Shown in pieces: positions 40,156-52,531 of a stretch of DNA of 64,000 nucleotides. The first letter of the stretch is position 1; each line of letters begins with the position of its first letter. The notes beneath the pieces are model-generated. The model was not told the origin of the DNA, made no database searches, and saw only the letters and a list, made by a program, of their open reading frames with translations. This DNA comes from Prorocentrum cordatum (lineage: Eukaryota), in assembly GCA_963575745.1 (NCBI GenBank), contig CAUYUJ010000181.1, forward strand, positions 248,001-312,000, in the 5' to 3' direction. The translations under genes were made by a program, and so were the position numbers.

Positions 40156-40897
40156 TTCATAGAGCGGCATGATCGCCTTGATGTACCCGTCGGACAATGC
40201 AGAGAGGGCTTGCCGCAGCCGCCGCCGCGCCAGCGATGGGGACAACCGCACTCAACGATGTCGAAGTGGACGGAGCATGGCTGGACCGCGGCGGCGTCCA
40301 ACTGGCTCGAGGCGATGCCCGACTGGACGTCCAGCCGTGCAATACAGTCGGGGCGTTGACCTAAGGAACCCTAAATAAGGAACGAGGCCCCTTTTTTCCA
40401 TACGTTGAACTTCGATTTCCTATCGAAAACATAAGGAAAACCTGAGACAAGCTGTGAAACACTAAGGAACGCGGAGCCCCTCCCCAACGAAAAGGGTTCC
40501 TTCTTCAGGGCTCCGACTGTATGCTGGATGAGCTGGCACTGCGGGATGAAGCCCTGCTGGACGACGTGGACTTCCTGCCGCGCCACGGTCTTGAACTTGT
40601 GATGTCTCGTGGCCGTTAAAATAATTAGGTCTGTCGCTTTTCTTCAGCAGGAGTGATCGGAGCGCCTCTGGATGTCGAAATATTTCCACGCAGTCCTCGA
40701 GCTCGTCGCCTTTGAGCATCAGAAGCAGATGGCCATACTTGAAGCCAGGCGCCACCAGGTGGCTGGCAAACATGTGCAGCAACATGGAGGACGAGGACGA
40801 GGAGGAAGAGGACGAGGAGAACGAGGAAGAGGAAGAGGACGACGACGAGGAGGCGGACACGGACCCTCCTCATGCATCCTGGCCAAAAGCGTTCGAC

Positions 40898-41002
40898 CTT
40901 GGAATACGTGCAGATCAGCTCCTCGACCAGGCCGGTGAGCTTGTACCACCTCTCCGGGCTGAACCGCTTCTTTACCTCCACGAGCACTCCGCCCGTATCC
41001 TC
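40898..41002 (-). CDS. O-fucosyltransferase-like exon (EDTGG...LTGLVEELICTYSK)
   Basis: 35 codons, AG/GT boundaries; VEELIC resembles the O-FucT xEQxIC motif. Confidence 0.85.
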
Positions 41003-41204
41003 CTTGAAGGGGGGGAGGAGGAAGGAGGAGGAAGGAGGAGGAAGTGTTACAGGGCTCTGGAAGGCTCTTGTGAGCGCTAGGGCGGCGCAGTGGAGCGACG
41101 GGGGGGGGGCCGGTCTGGAGTGGCCCAGGAGGCACCCAAGATTACCCTGGGGTCTCCAGAGGGGCCCTGGGCATCCGCCAAGGGTCCGGCCCACCCGTGG
41201 TCTC

Positions 41205-41270
41205 CTTGAACAGGTCCGGCCACATGACGAGCTTCACGTTGTGCCGCTCTGCGAACCCAGCGAAGCGCTC
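41205..41270 (-). CDS. O-fucosyltransferase-like exon (ERFAGFAERHNVKLVMWPDLFK)
   Basis: 22 codons, AG acceptor, GA donor, phase 0 on both sides. Confidence 0.8.
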
Positions 41271-41600
41271 CTGGAAGGAACAAGAAGACACAGATACAGC
41301 TACTGTTTCGCTGCCAAGGCATGGGCGGGATGACTATGGCGTCGATAAAAGGCCTTCGCGATCAAACAAAACGGACAACATGTCGGAGCGCAACACACGA
41401 TCGACCTGGGGCCCATGTACCGAGCCCGCGAGGGTTGGCAACGAGCGCGCCCTGGAAGGGAGACCGGAAGCGAGGAGGACCTCTCCTGCGGCGCGAACCG
41501 ACCAAGACCCCTCCGAAAACTGATCCGGGTAGCGCGGCGGATCCAGCCGTGGCGACGGGGGGTCGGCAGCGGTGTCGGCATCTTTTCGCCCTCGGGGCTC

Positions 41601-41759
41601 CTGGCGGTCGGTTGCCACGTAGGTGGCAGTGGCGTTATCCATCAGGACCTTCCAGTTGTTGTAGATGTCGTCCGCGGAGCGCTCCGCCTGCTTCTCGGCG
41701 AAGTCGCCGTAGCGGGCGTGGGCGGCCACGTACTCGAAGAGGCCGAGGTAGCGGACAAC
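41601..41759 (-). CDS. O-fucosyltransferase-like exon (VVRYLGLFEYVAAHARYGDF...TYVATDRQ)
   Basis: HxRxGDF and YVATD are the GDP-fucose-binding motifs of the O-FucT (GT65/GT68-like) family; 53 codons. Confidence 0.9.
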
Positions 41760-41927
41760 CTTAAAGGGAAATTAGGACACACACATAAATATACACAAAT
41801 AAAAATAGAACCCATATTTTGCCATATTTTCTGGGTTTTTGTCTTCCCCCCCAATTCCCATATTTTCCCATATTTTCCTGGGAGTCGACAGTTAATTGTG
41901 TCTGTGTGTTTCTTTCCCTCCTGAAAC

Positions 41928-41973
41928 CTTAGAGGCGATCTCGAAGGCGTCGCTGTGCCAGACGAAGCCGTGC
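41928..41973 (-). CDS. O-fucosyltransferase-like exon (R|HGFVWHSDAFEIASK)
   Basis: AG acceptor, GT donor, in frame with its neighbours; alternative acceptor at 41986. Confidence 0.85.
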
Positions 41974-42054
41974 CTCAAGAGGGCGACTCGGCGGCGCGCC
42001 GAGGGGGGAGCGAGAGGGGGCAGGCCCTCAGCGGGCCCTGGGAACGACTGGGCA

Positions 42055-42097
<43 letters not shown>

Positions 42098-43840
42098 CTT
42101 GTTTGAATGTTTGCTGCCGTTGGCGGCGTCGTTTTTGTTTACGTTCCTGGCGCCGATGTGGTACGGTTGCGGTTCCTCCTGGTTGGGGCCTGGTTGTGAT
42201 CAGACTTGTTGGTTGTCTGCGAGATCCGAACCGTTGTCGGACTGGTTCCGGCGTTTCTTCGGATCCCCTGGCTGCCCAGGCGACTTCGGAGAACCTCTCT
42301 TTGCGGTGTCCGTGAACCGCCTTTTCTATGTATTGTGTTGTTTTTGTCTTCTAAAAAACAAAAACAAGTACTTCTGAACAACGGCCCGGGCACTCTCAGA
42401 AGGCGGCGGGGCTTCTCCGAAAGCCTCCGTCCTTCCGAGCAGCTCTCTGTCGATTTGGAGGAGGCTCAGATAGCTTCTCGGGAAGGCCCGAGGCTCTCTG
42501 ATCCTTCCGAGTAGGCCAGCCCCTCTGCCTTCCCCCCTGGGGTCGGGGCTGAACCTAAACGGTGTTTGTCGTTTTTCGTATTGTTTTCGTTTTGTTTTCG
42601 TTTTCCCTCGTTTTGTCGCCAATCCGCCTTGAACGCAAAACGGAATCGAAACGAAAACGGCCCACGACATCGCCAAAACACCTTCTAGGTCCACCTCTGC
42701 CCTGGGTATGCCGCGGGAAGAAGCTCATGCAGCGGAGTGTCCGTGCACGGGAGCTCGCGCCCATGAAAGACGCTATGGCCGCGGAAGGGGAAGAGGGCGC
42801 ACGTTTGCCGGAAAGGCCGGGCACGCGGTGGCAGGGCGGCGAGCGAAGAACGAGCGGCACACAGCAAACTTCAGGCGTTCTGCGCGGGCAACGGGGAGTT
42901 CGCGTTCACGCCGCTGTTCTTCGGAAGGGGGGGGGCAGGGGCGGGGGGGAAGGGGAAGGAAGGCACGAAGGGGAGGGCAGGAACGGGGGGGGAGGGGCGA
43001 GGCGAGGAGAAACGAACGCGCGAAACATCTCCGGGGGGACGGGCCGATTGGCGGCCGGAGGGAAAGGGCCGTAGCCCTCAAGTTACGTCGATGTTCTTGC
43101 CGCCATCTATTTCCTCGTTGACGTGCTTGCTCATTTTCCGCTCGTCCGTTTTCTGGCCGACGCTCTGCAATAATTGTTCGTTGGTGCAACCGTGACATCG
43201 TTCAGCTCGTAAGCGGGCTGCTTCACGCAACTTGCCGCTTCTCACCAGGGTTTCGACGATGCCGCCACGGCGGGTCGTCGTCCATGGACGGCCCAAGAGG
43301 CCCCACGATCGCTCCAAGACGGCCGAAAACAAAAAACAAAAAAAAATGCCAAAATGGCCCCCACATGGTCCAAGATAGCCCTGAGACGGCCCAAAGAGCC
43401 TCCAACATGGCACCAGGATGGCCCCAAGAGGGGGCCCAGAAGGGGAACCCGAACGGAAATTTCGAGCTCTCGGTCCGAAGAGGCGCTCAGGAAGCTCCCA
43501 GAGACCCCCAAAAACTCCCCAAGAGGCTCCAGGAAACCCGCAAGAGGCCCAAAGAGACGCCACTGATCCCACCAGGACCCCAAGAAACCCCAAGAGGTTC
43601 CAAGAAGCCACCAAGAGGCTCCCCAGGAGCCTCAAAACTGCCTCCCAAAAGGCTCCCGAAAGCCTTCCGAAGAGACCCGAAAAGCACCCATCAGTACTCT
43701 GACCCACAAGCCGGATGCGTCTCGAAACTGCTGGAGACCTCTCGAGCCATCCCGGCGCCCTCTGGGACAGTCTACCGGCTCTCCTCGACAGGGTGGGAAC
43801 CACATCCACAAACATCTCCTCGAGATCATTCCTGCCGGCC

Positions 43841-44578
43841 CTACCGTTCACCCAGGGCACGAGCACACCGTGCCACCACGGAGCCACGCCTTGCCAAACG
43901 GGCCGGCGACATGAGCGAAACGATTAAATGATTTCTTCCGGGTGCAACCGTGACGTCGTTCAGCTCGCGGGCAGGCCGCCTCGCGCAACTGCCGCTTCTC
44001 AGCAGGGTCTCGACGATGCCGCGGCGGCGGGTTGTCGCCCATCTCCACTGCGGCGTCCTCCTTGTCAATATTATCCTGCTCGTCCTCTTCCTCATACACC
44101 TCGGCGTCGCCATCGAGGTCGTCGCAATCGTCAGTCTCCTTTGTGTGACCTCATTTCTCATATTTTGGCCCGCGATATCATCCTCGGCGAAGCCGTACAA
44201 ATCGATGCACTTCTTGAAGATGGCGAACGGTTTGCCGCCCGTTCCGGTTTTCAGCGGCGGCGCTCCCACATCGGATTGCGCGGCGAGTGGCCGACCGGGC
44301 ATCAGCTGTGAGATCTCCGCACCGGGCTCCGCAAAGTCTTCCAGCGAGACGCAACAGTTCGATGCTTCGACGTTGTCAACTCTCTGCGTGATGCTTGCGT
44401 CACACGAGCAAAAGTCAGAGATGACGATCTTGTCTTTCACTATCTTTGCAACGTTTTCGATGGCCATGACCTGGAACGTAGACGTTTTCAGCTTCTCCAA
44501 TATTGCGAGTAGGCGGTCGTGAATGCTAGCCTCGCTCCGTCTCCTTCTCGATGCCGTCGCAGTCTCTGGCTCGTCCAT
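43841..44578 (-). pseudogene. Intronic coding-like remnant of unknown origin
   Basis: 245 aa ORF with normal complexity in its first ~150 aa; no motif recognised. Confidence 0.3.
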
Positions 44579-45840
44579 CGGTTCGCTTTCCGCCGCGGGC
44601 GGGACACGGGCAGGAAACTTCTGCCTCGGGCACCTTGGACCTAAATGGGCGCGGGGGGGGGGGAAGAAAGGGGGGGTGCATGAGACTGCGAGACTAACTC
44701 GAGGTCAAGCCTCGCTCGGCACGACGGGCGCAAAACCAGCAGCTAATCCCCCGCGTCAGAAAACCGGAGATCATGCCACTCTGCCTCGAGACGGACGCGC
44801 CTCTGCGCGCTGAGATTCGCCATGTCGAACGCGGCGGCAAGGTGCGACCGCGCCCCCCCCCCCGCCGCCGAACACTCTCCGCCCCCGACCTCGGCGCCGT
44901 CGAACGACGGCAGCACGTCCGACCAATTGTCGATCAGCGAAGGCGCGCGGACCTGGCCGAGGCGGGCGCTGCGCCTGCCAGGACACTGCAACTTCTTGCG
45001 GCGCGCTCTCCGGTTCCTGAGACCCGGGCCCTGGCTGCAGAGACACTGGGCGTCGAGACACACGCCCAAGGAGTGACCATTGTTTCTCCGGGGCGCCCCC
45101 CGAACTCGGTGAGATCGGGCGCGCGGGGCCGACGGAGGCGGCGGCGGCACGGCTGGCGGCGGCGGCGGACTCAGCGGGGGGGGGCGAAGGGGGCGAGCGG
45201 CGACCTGCCCCTCTCCTGAAGGGCCCGACCTCTTCCCAGGCGCGCGCCCGCAGAATGTGCTCGCCGAGGGGGTCTGCGCGGCCGCCAGTCTCAAACGGCG
45301 CGCCCGAGGTGTCGGACAGATTTTCAGGGCGAACAGATTCGGCTGCCCCGAAGGCAGCCCGTGCGCGCGCGCGCCAGCCGCGGGCCGCCAAAGCCAGGGT
45401 CTCGATCCCCCTGTTGGGGGGGAACGGCTGCACGGTTTCCCCCGGGGCCGTAGGCGACCCGAGGAGTATGAGGAGGAGGAGGAGGCGGAGGAGGTAGAGG
45501 AGGGGGAGGAGGAGGAGGAGGAGGAGGAGGAGGGGGAGGGGGAGGAGCAGGAGGAGGAGGAGGAGGAGGAGGAGGAGGAGCAGGAGGAGGAGGAGGAGGA
45601 GGAGGAGGGGGAGGGGGAGGAGCAGGAGGAGGAGGAGGAGGGAGGACGGGTCGCCTAAGCCCTCCGGAGAAACCCTCCAGGAACGGCCTGCTTCGCGCCC
45701 TTCCTCGCCCCCCGCGCCAGCCGGGCGACCGCCCCTCAGACGCCGGGCAGAGTCGCCCGGCGCCGACTGCAAGGCAGCAGGGGCTCCGATCTCGTGGGCG
45801 AGGGCGCGCCCCCCGATGCGCCATCGCCAATGTCCTTGGG

Positions 45841-46060
45841 CGCCCGAGTTATCCGGGGTAACTCGGGTCCGGGGCAACTCGGGTTTGGATTCCCGGAAAG
45901 GAACCCGAGAAAGCCCTGGCCCGAGTTACCCCTGATGATTCGGGGCTCCGGACGCCCGAGTTATCCGGGGTAACTCGGGCCCGGGGTAACTCGGGATTGG
46001 ATTCCCGAAAAAGGAACCCGAATTATCCCTGACCCGAGTTACCCCTGATGATTCGGGGCT
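45841..46060. repeat. Two ~111-bp tandem units with internal hairpins (cccgagttatccggggtaactcggg)
   Basis: Visible directly. Confidence 0.85.
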
Positions 46061-47599
46061 CTGAGGTCCCCCGAGAAGCTTCCGGCGGCGGGCGGGGCCC
46101 GGGGCGCTCGCAAGAGCCAGCGCGGCAATGCTAGAGCCAAGACAATCCGAGTAAACCACGAGGTGGCCCTCCGAAGTCCATTCCGAGAGACCTGGGGAAC
46201 GCCGCCCCGCGCCGTCTGCGCGGGGGCCGGGCGAGGGGAAACAAGTCCGCAGACAGCTCCTTGAAGCTTCGCCTCGAACCAGCCCGCTCGACTGAGGCCT
46301 GTAGGCACTGGCAATGCTGATCGTGTCCCTGATGTCCGAAGCATCTGCGTCTCTAGATCGCCCATTATCCGAAAAGCTTCGCCTTCCTCCTAATGGGATC
46401 AATATGGGGGGCGCGGCGCGCGCCCCGCCCACCAAAGGCAGCCTCTTGAAACAGACGGGGGAACACTCCAGCCCGCCGCCGCCCCCGCCAATCTCCGAAC
46501 ATGCCGGGGCCGGGGCGCGGCCCCGGGGAAGGAGCGAGAGGGGGCCAGGGAAGAGGCAGCGACAGAACTGCTCCGCGCGCAACTGTCCGCGCGCGCCCCT
46601 GAGTCTGGCGGCGGCCTCCTGAAGGAACGCTGGGGGCTCTTCCCTTCTGAGCCCGGCCAGGCAGAGGAACTCGTGGAGTCGGTGAAGCAGCGCCCTGCTG
46701 GCCCATCCACAAGAGGCAGCGCGTGTTGTCCATGTTCCTACCGCGATCGAACAAACGTGCTCGGGGCCAGTTACCGACACCGGCCAGGGGCCTCGACGCA
46801 TTTTCGCGGCGGGGCGCACAGGTGCCCCGGGGGGGCCCTGCCAAGATGCTCGCGCAAGGGGTCCCAACGCAGGGGGGGGGCGCCCAGGCGCCGGACATGC
46901 GACTCACTGCGCGCAGATCAGAGGCGCCCAGGGAGGCACCCCGAACGCGCTCGCAACCACGCCATGAGTCAATTCAAGGACGGAGTACTTTTCCTCCTGC
47001 ACCACAACTGAGAAGGCCGTCGGCGCGACGACGCCGAGAAGGGCCATGCGCAAAAACATGGCATCTGCAGGGTCGACGCACAGGGCCCAGGGGCGGGGCC
47101 AAGAAAGGGGCCGACCGGCGCCCCAGCGGGCCCCCGCGTGCCCCCGCCAAGGGGGGGGCCGAGATGGCCGCGAGAACGCAGTGCTTCATGGCCCCGCCGA
47201 ACGAACCGCAAACGGATCCCTAAGGGCCCCTTCCATGGCGCTGCGCGGAATGTCGGGCCGACAAAAACGCCAGCAGGGCGGGGCGATTTTCGGATCCGAG
47301 GACAAACGCTCGCGGGCTCGCAAGCCATGCCGCTTCTGGCCCGACCCCTGTCGCGGCCGAGCCCCGAATCGCCGCGGCCGCGGGGGGGGGGGGGCCTCGC
47401 GATGGCGCTGCCCTGCGCCCCAGCCTCTCTGCTGGGATACCTTGCCGGCAGCGCAGAGATCTTTCTCGGGGCGCTCGCCCCCCCCCCCCCGACCGCCGAG
47501 CGGGCCCGCCATTCGAGTCCGAGCCTGGATCGCGCGCCCCTACCAGGCGCCCCCCCTTCTCAAGGCCCCATATTGACGAGAAACAAGATGCGAGCTCCC

Positions 47600-49050
47600 T
47601 GCTTCTAAGCAAGAACCCAGTCTTGCCCCAATTGACATTGCGACGCTTTGCTCGCAGGCCCCGGGCCATCGCCGTCGCGGCGCCAGGAGACTGAGCGGCC
47701 GCGAGGGCCCTGGATCCCACGATCTGGAATGAACACATCAGCCACGAGATTCTGAAACCGAACGAAATGAGGGCGCCTCTGAAGCTCCGCGAGTAGCGCA
47801 TGCACAAGCAACTCGGCAAACGCCAAATCACAGCTGCAGCCCGCTGCCACGGCCCCGTCGGCAGCAATCGGCAGCGAGACGGCCCCCCCCCAGACTGCGC
47901 GCGCGCCGCGGAAGCCTATGCGCCACGCAGAGACGCAGCGTCGGAGCCCGAGGATACCCCAGCATCCTGCTTGAGCCCCCCGCGCGACGCGCATTCGTTG
48001 TATTTACTGGGGCCCAGCGCGCCACCGGCGGCATTGAGGACTTTCGAGCGCGCAGCGCTGCTATTGATTGCGAACGTGCCCTGGTCTATCATAAGTGAAC
48101 CCTCGGCCCCCCCCCAACGGGCCTGGGTCGGCAAGCGAACGCCCCGGCCGACGCGCTTGACCTCCAGCGGCTCGGCCGCCGTCTGGAAGCCCGCGCCGCG
48201 GCCTCGCCAGCGACTCGGACTCCGCCCGGCAAGATGATAAAACTCCACCAGGTAGGCTTCCGCGCCCCGAAACAACTCAGCACGCGCCTCGCCGAGATCC
48301 GACGGGGGCGCCTCTCCGACCGCCCGCGACCGCGACGGGGCTTCCCGAGGGGGCGGGCCTCTAGGGCGGAGGCGTCTCAATGGGGGACAGTGCACATCGG
48401 GAACTGAGGCATGCGGCTTGAAGCCTTCATTCCTAAGCCCCTGAACTTCGCGACGAGGGCGCCGCGCGTCTGCGCAGGAGCGGCGGATGGCAGATTGACC
48501 GGACCGACGCACCCGCTGAGCACAGAGCTGCAGACCCCGAAATCAACCCCCGCGCTCCGCAGGCGGGCAGCCAGGATCCGAGCGCCCTGCCTCCGGCCAT
48601 TCGACGCCAGACGGCGACGTGTTCCAGTCACCCAGCGCCGCCCACGGGCCTCTGAGTGCACCGCGATGCGCGACGAGGGAGCCGAGGATGTCGACATCGG
48701 CCTTGGTCAGGCCGATGGATGCGGCGAGGCGAAGCGAGAGAACGCGCGGAGGCGTCGGCGGCCCGGCGATGACCCTGGCAGCGACAACCAGACAGCTGGC
48801 GACGGAGACCAGACAGAGACGCCCCCCGCAGAGTTGAAGACACCTTCCCCTATGCTGAGCGCCTTGCCACCGTTCATGCGCACCCCCCGTTGCAAGGCCC
48901 AGCGACGAGCCGAGCTCCACAGACCATCCCGCGTGATCCTGTGCTCCTGAACGCACAAGCAATGCGACAACTGAGCTCCTTGGTGGCCGTCGTGCTTCAT
49001 CCGCTCCAACAGAGACTGGCACGGATGCCATTGCGACACATTCGGCGAGA
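47600..49050 (-). mobile_element. Heavily deleted LINE (APE + RT remnants)
   Basis: LCVQEHRI, PWAALGDWN, VDFGVCS, KPHASV (APE); GAVAAGCS, NLVADV, NVNWGKT (RT-like). Confidence 0.65.
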
Positions 49051-50779
49051 TGAGGAGAAACTGCTGCAAAAAAACACTGCCGATTGACTGCCTTGAGCCG
49101 GCTACCGCCATCCATTGCCGCCAGCTTTTGCGCCGCGGCTGACCCGCCGCGCGCAGTTTCATCCCTCCCGACTCCCCGCGGGACTTGCCTTGCCGCGTGC
49201 CTCGCGGGCTCCGGCCGCGAGGCAGGGGGGGGCCTGAGTTGAAGGGCCCAAGGGCGCCACTGGGTTGCCGCCGCCACGCGCGCCCCTGCCAGCCCCAGGC
49301 TGCATGTGGTCACCCTCGCCGTAGCCGTTTGGCTGTGGCTCCAAGGATGTCGAAGAAACAGATGAGCAAATCCCTGTCCTCGGGCGCTGCGACACCTGCT
49401 GCGGTGGAAGCCGCCGCCGTTCCCTGGTCGTCGGCGTCGGATTCTATCTCTGTGCCCGCTGGGTCGACGTTGGTGCCGTCAGCACTTTCTGGGGGACAGC
49501 CCCCGCTGTCTGCGGACCAAAAAACCAAAAGACCCACCAGCCGCGCCAGCAGCACCAGAAAGGACAGGGCAAACAGGAGGCCTGTTGGTGGCCAGCACCA
49601 TGGCCTTGCGCTCAACCAAGTTGGCGCTGCCCGCAGAAGTCTGCACAAAAAAATCGAGCCCGAACCTGGAGGCCGCCTTGCCCAGGAGCGTCGAGAGATC
49701 CCTCGAGGCTGGCAGAGGATGTAGCGGGGTCATCTTCACCTCCTTGCGTGACCTCAGGCACGATGGCTTTGGCTTGAACAACCCCTGATGGCAACATCGG
49801 TCCTGGCGAGGGCGTCGCAATGGTCGGAGATAAGCTTTCGCGCCTGCTCGAAGTGCTTCTGAACCTCGAGGAAAGCCAACCCAGCTGCGAGACCACGGTC
49901 TTCAGCTGGCTCAAGCTGCTTCTCCTCCCGCGAGCGCCGCTGGAGGAGGTCCTGAGGGCTTTTGGAGGAAAGGTCCACCGGTTGAGGGGGCTGCGTCTTC
50001 AGCGGCTTGCGAATCCACAAACTGCAGTACCACCGACACATCCTTCCCAGAGCTTTTGGCCAAACCCACGAAGGGCGCGCACCACCAACTCCTTTTCGTG
50101 CCACAAGCGAGCTGCCTGCATCCTTGTCCTTGGCATGAGAGGTCCATTGCCCCATCGCTCGAAGGGGGCAGCAGGCCAGGGGACACGATTATCGTGGTAG
50201 CGCAACTGCCTGAGCACACATTGAAGCGGCCGCTGGTTGCAATCACGACATCGGTTCCGCCACGTGAAAACCCTTGCTAAAGCAGACCCAAATCTTTTTC
50301 TGCCAGGAGGCGCAATGTGAGTTCATGGGCGAGGGTTGACGGATGGCTCGGGCCAGCTGCTCCACTTCCAAATGATCTGGCCCAAAGGTTAGCAATCGGC
50401 TCGAAACCTGGACCTGGCTTAGGGGGGAGGGCAGGAGGAGGAAGATGAAGAGGAGGAGGAGGAGGAGGAGGAGGAGGGGGAGGGGGAGGAGGAGGAATGA
50501 TGATGGGGGAGAAAAAAAGGAAGGGAGATAGGAGAGGGGGAAGAGGAGGAGGGATGACGCACACACGCCACTCATCTAGAATCGCCCCAATCATTACCTT
50601 CACCCGAGGCCGAGATTCCCAAAACATCGCTCGCACTCCTTTATGGTCGCAGATAAAAAAGGCTCTGACCAATCGGACTTTGGTACGTCGTCGTCAGCTC
50701 TCGCCCCGCTCTAGCTGGGACCTTGTCGTAGGACCCGATCGTTTGGGTGCCACGCGATGGCGCCACACAAGATAACTTC

Positions 50780-51590
50780 CTTCACGATCTGGTCCTACAT
50801 GACAGGGTCCCACACGGCAAGGTCCCGCGCCGTAGGGTACCACATCATATGAGTCTCACACAATATGGGGCCCTCACGCACAAGTCCCACGCGAGAAGGC
50901 GCCACACGGTAAGGTCCCACACAATAGGGTCCTACTCAACAAGGCTCCACAAGAAAAGGTCCCATCACACCCCAGACGTAGGCTGGGATCCGTAAACTTT
51001 GCACAGGCCGTTGGTGCGTGTTCACGCCAGGATCACCTGCTTGGAGGATCGATATCCCGAGCTGACGGGGCCAGCGGCGATGGCCGGCAATGCGGGATGG
51101 TGCCGGGCGTCAAGGCCACCCCTTGCCTCCTCCCAACTTGGATCTACCCGGTGCCAACTCTCTACGGCGGTGCGCGTCGGTACGGTCCCCATCTCGGTTC
51201 TCCTCTGGGTCCCACGCGCACGATCCCGCACAACAAGAACCCACGCGATGTCGCGCCGCAAGATATGGCCCCACACAAGAGAAGTCCCGGTCAACAGGGT
51301 TCCTCCCAGAAGGGTCTCACAGGGCAGGGTCCCGCACGACAGGGCCCCATGCAGGAGCCCCACTCGACAAGGTCTCACACGATAGGGTCCTACACACATG
51401 GGTCCCATGCGAGATGGTCCCACGCAAGATGGGCCAATACGATAGGGCCCGACACGATAGGATCCTGCACAGCAAGGTCCCACACGACAGGGTCCAACAA
51501 GATAGGGTTCCACAAGAAAGGGTCCCGATCCAGAAGGTTTCACTCCATAGGATCGCCTGGGGTCAATCCCTACAAAGGTTCCATCCCATT
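50780..51590. repeat. Degenerate ~15-bp tandem repeat (cacgacagggtccca), interrupted at about 51000-51180
   Basis: Visible directly. Confidence 0.8.
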
Positions 51591-52462
51591 GGGTGGCAAC
51601 CCAATGATTGCACCTTGTAGTTCGCGCCCCACGTATTGCACATGGGCGCTGTGGGGTCCACGCAGGTATCTATGCAACCCCGCTGATATCTATAGTCTCC
51701 TGACCCTCTCACGCGTAATGGGTTTGGAAGCTAGCGAGAGCTCGGACCACAAAACAACCTGGCGGCACAGAGAAGGAATCCTCCGGGGCCTGCAGCCTCC
51801 TGAGCGCATTCCTGAACCAACGCCCCCACCGCAGTACAGAGAGCGCTGTACTGCACTGCGCATACTGGGATCCACACTGGAGAACATACTGGAACACCTA
51901 CGGGAAAAGATACGGGAGGGCGCAAGCGGGAGGGCACATACTTACGACAGGCCACACGGGAGAGACCAGACGGGAGGCCGACGGCAGACCAACGGGGGAG
52001 ACCCACGGCAGCCTGCACGGGGAGACCCCACGAGAGACCACAAGGGGAGAACGTACGGGAGACCCTCGGCATCACGGGGCGTTTGTTTCGAGCAGGTGGG
52101 ATCCATTCCCCAGAGGCCGCACTGCTGCAAACAGCCGCACTTCAGCAGAGTTCCAAAGCCATACCCCCCCCTCCCCCCTCCCCTTCCGCCCCATGTCGAA
52201 ACGCCAAGTAAGAAAACGTTGACCCGTCGGTTGTTGGAGGCACAGCATCACACTGGGAACCACACGGGAGACCACGAGCCACCGATTTTCTGGACCTGGA
52301 CAGGCTCGCACCCGGCCAGGAAGGAACCCTACGGACGAGCTGCCTAGGGGGAAATCGGGAACCGAGCTGCATGCCTCCTCCTCCTCCTCCTCCTCCTCCT
52401 CCTCCTCCTCCTCCTCCTCCTCCTCCTCCTCCCTCCTTCATTCTTGTCGCTTACCGAAGTGC

Positions 52463-52531
52463 CTCAGCAACGCCCAGTCGGCGGTGGTCATGTCCCGTCG
52501 GAGCTCCCAACGAGGGCCGCCGCGCGAGAAC
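52463..52531 (-). CDS. O-fucosyltransferase-like exon (W|FSRGGPRWELRRDMTTADWALL|R)
   Basis: cccag acceptor, GC donor, phase 2/2 consistent with both neighbours. Confidence 0.8.

Noticed and set aside
40370..40780. Coding-like intronic segment (HLVAPGFKYGHLLLMLKGDE...) as a fucosyltransferase exon
   Set aside because: The YSK|VFIGT junction skips it and restores the family motif; origin unknown
44890..44952. Exon-like AG/GT-bounded segment VRAPSLIDNWSDVLPSFDGAE
   Set aside because: Phase 0/0 does not fit the phase-2 (or alternative phase-1) intron it lies in
51097..52347. 416 aa plus-strand ORF
   Set aside because: Its first ~40% is a read-through of the 15-bp tandem repeat and the rest is GC-rich DNA with no recognisable domain
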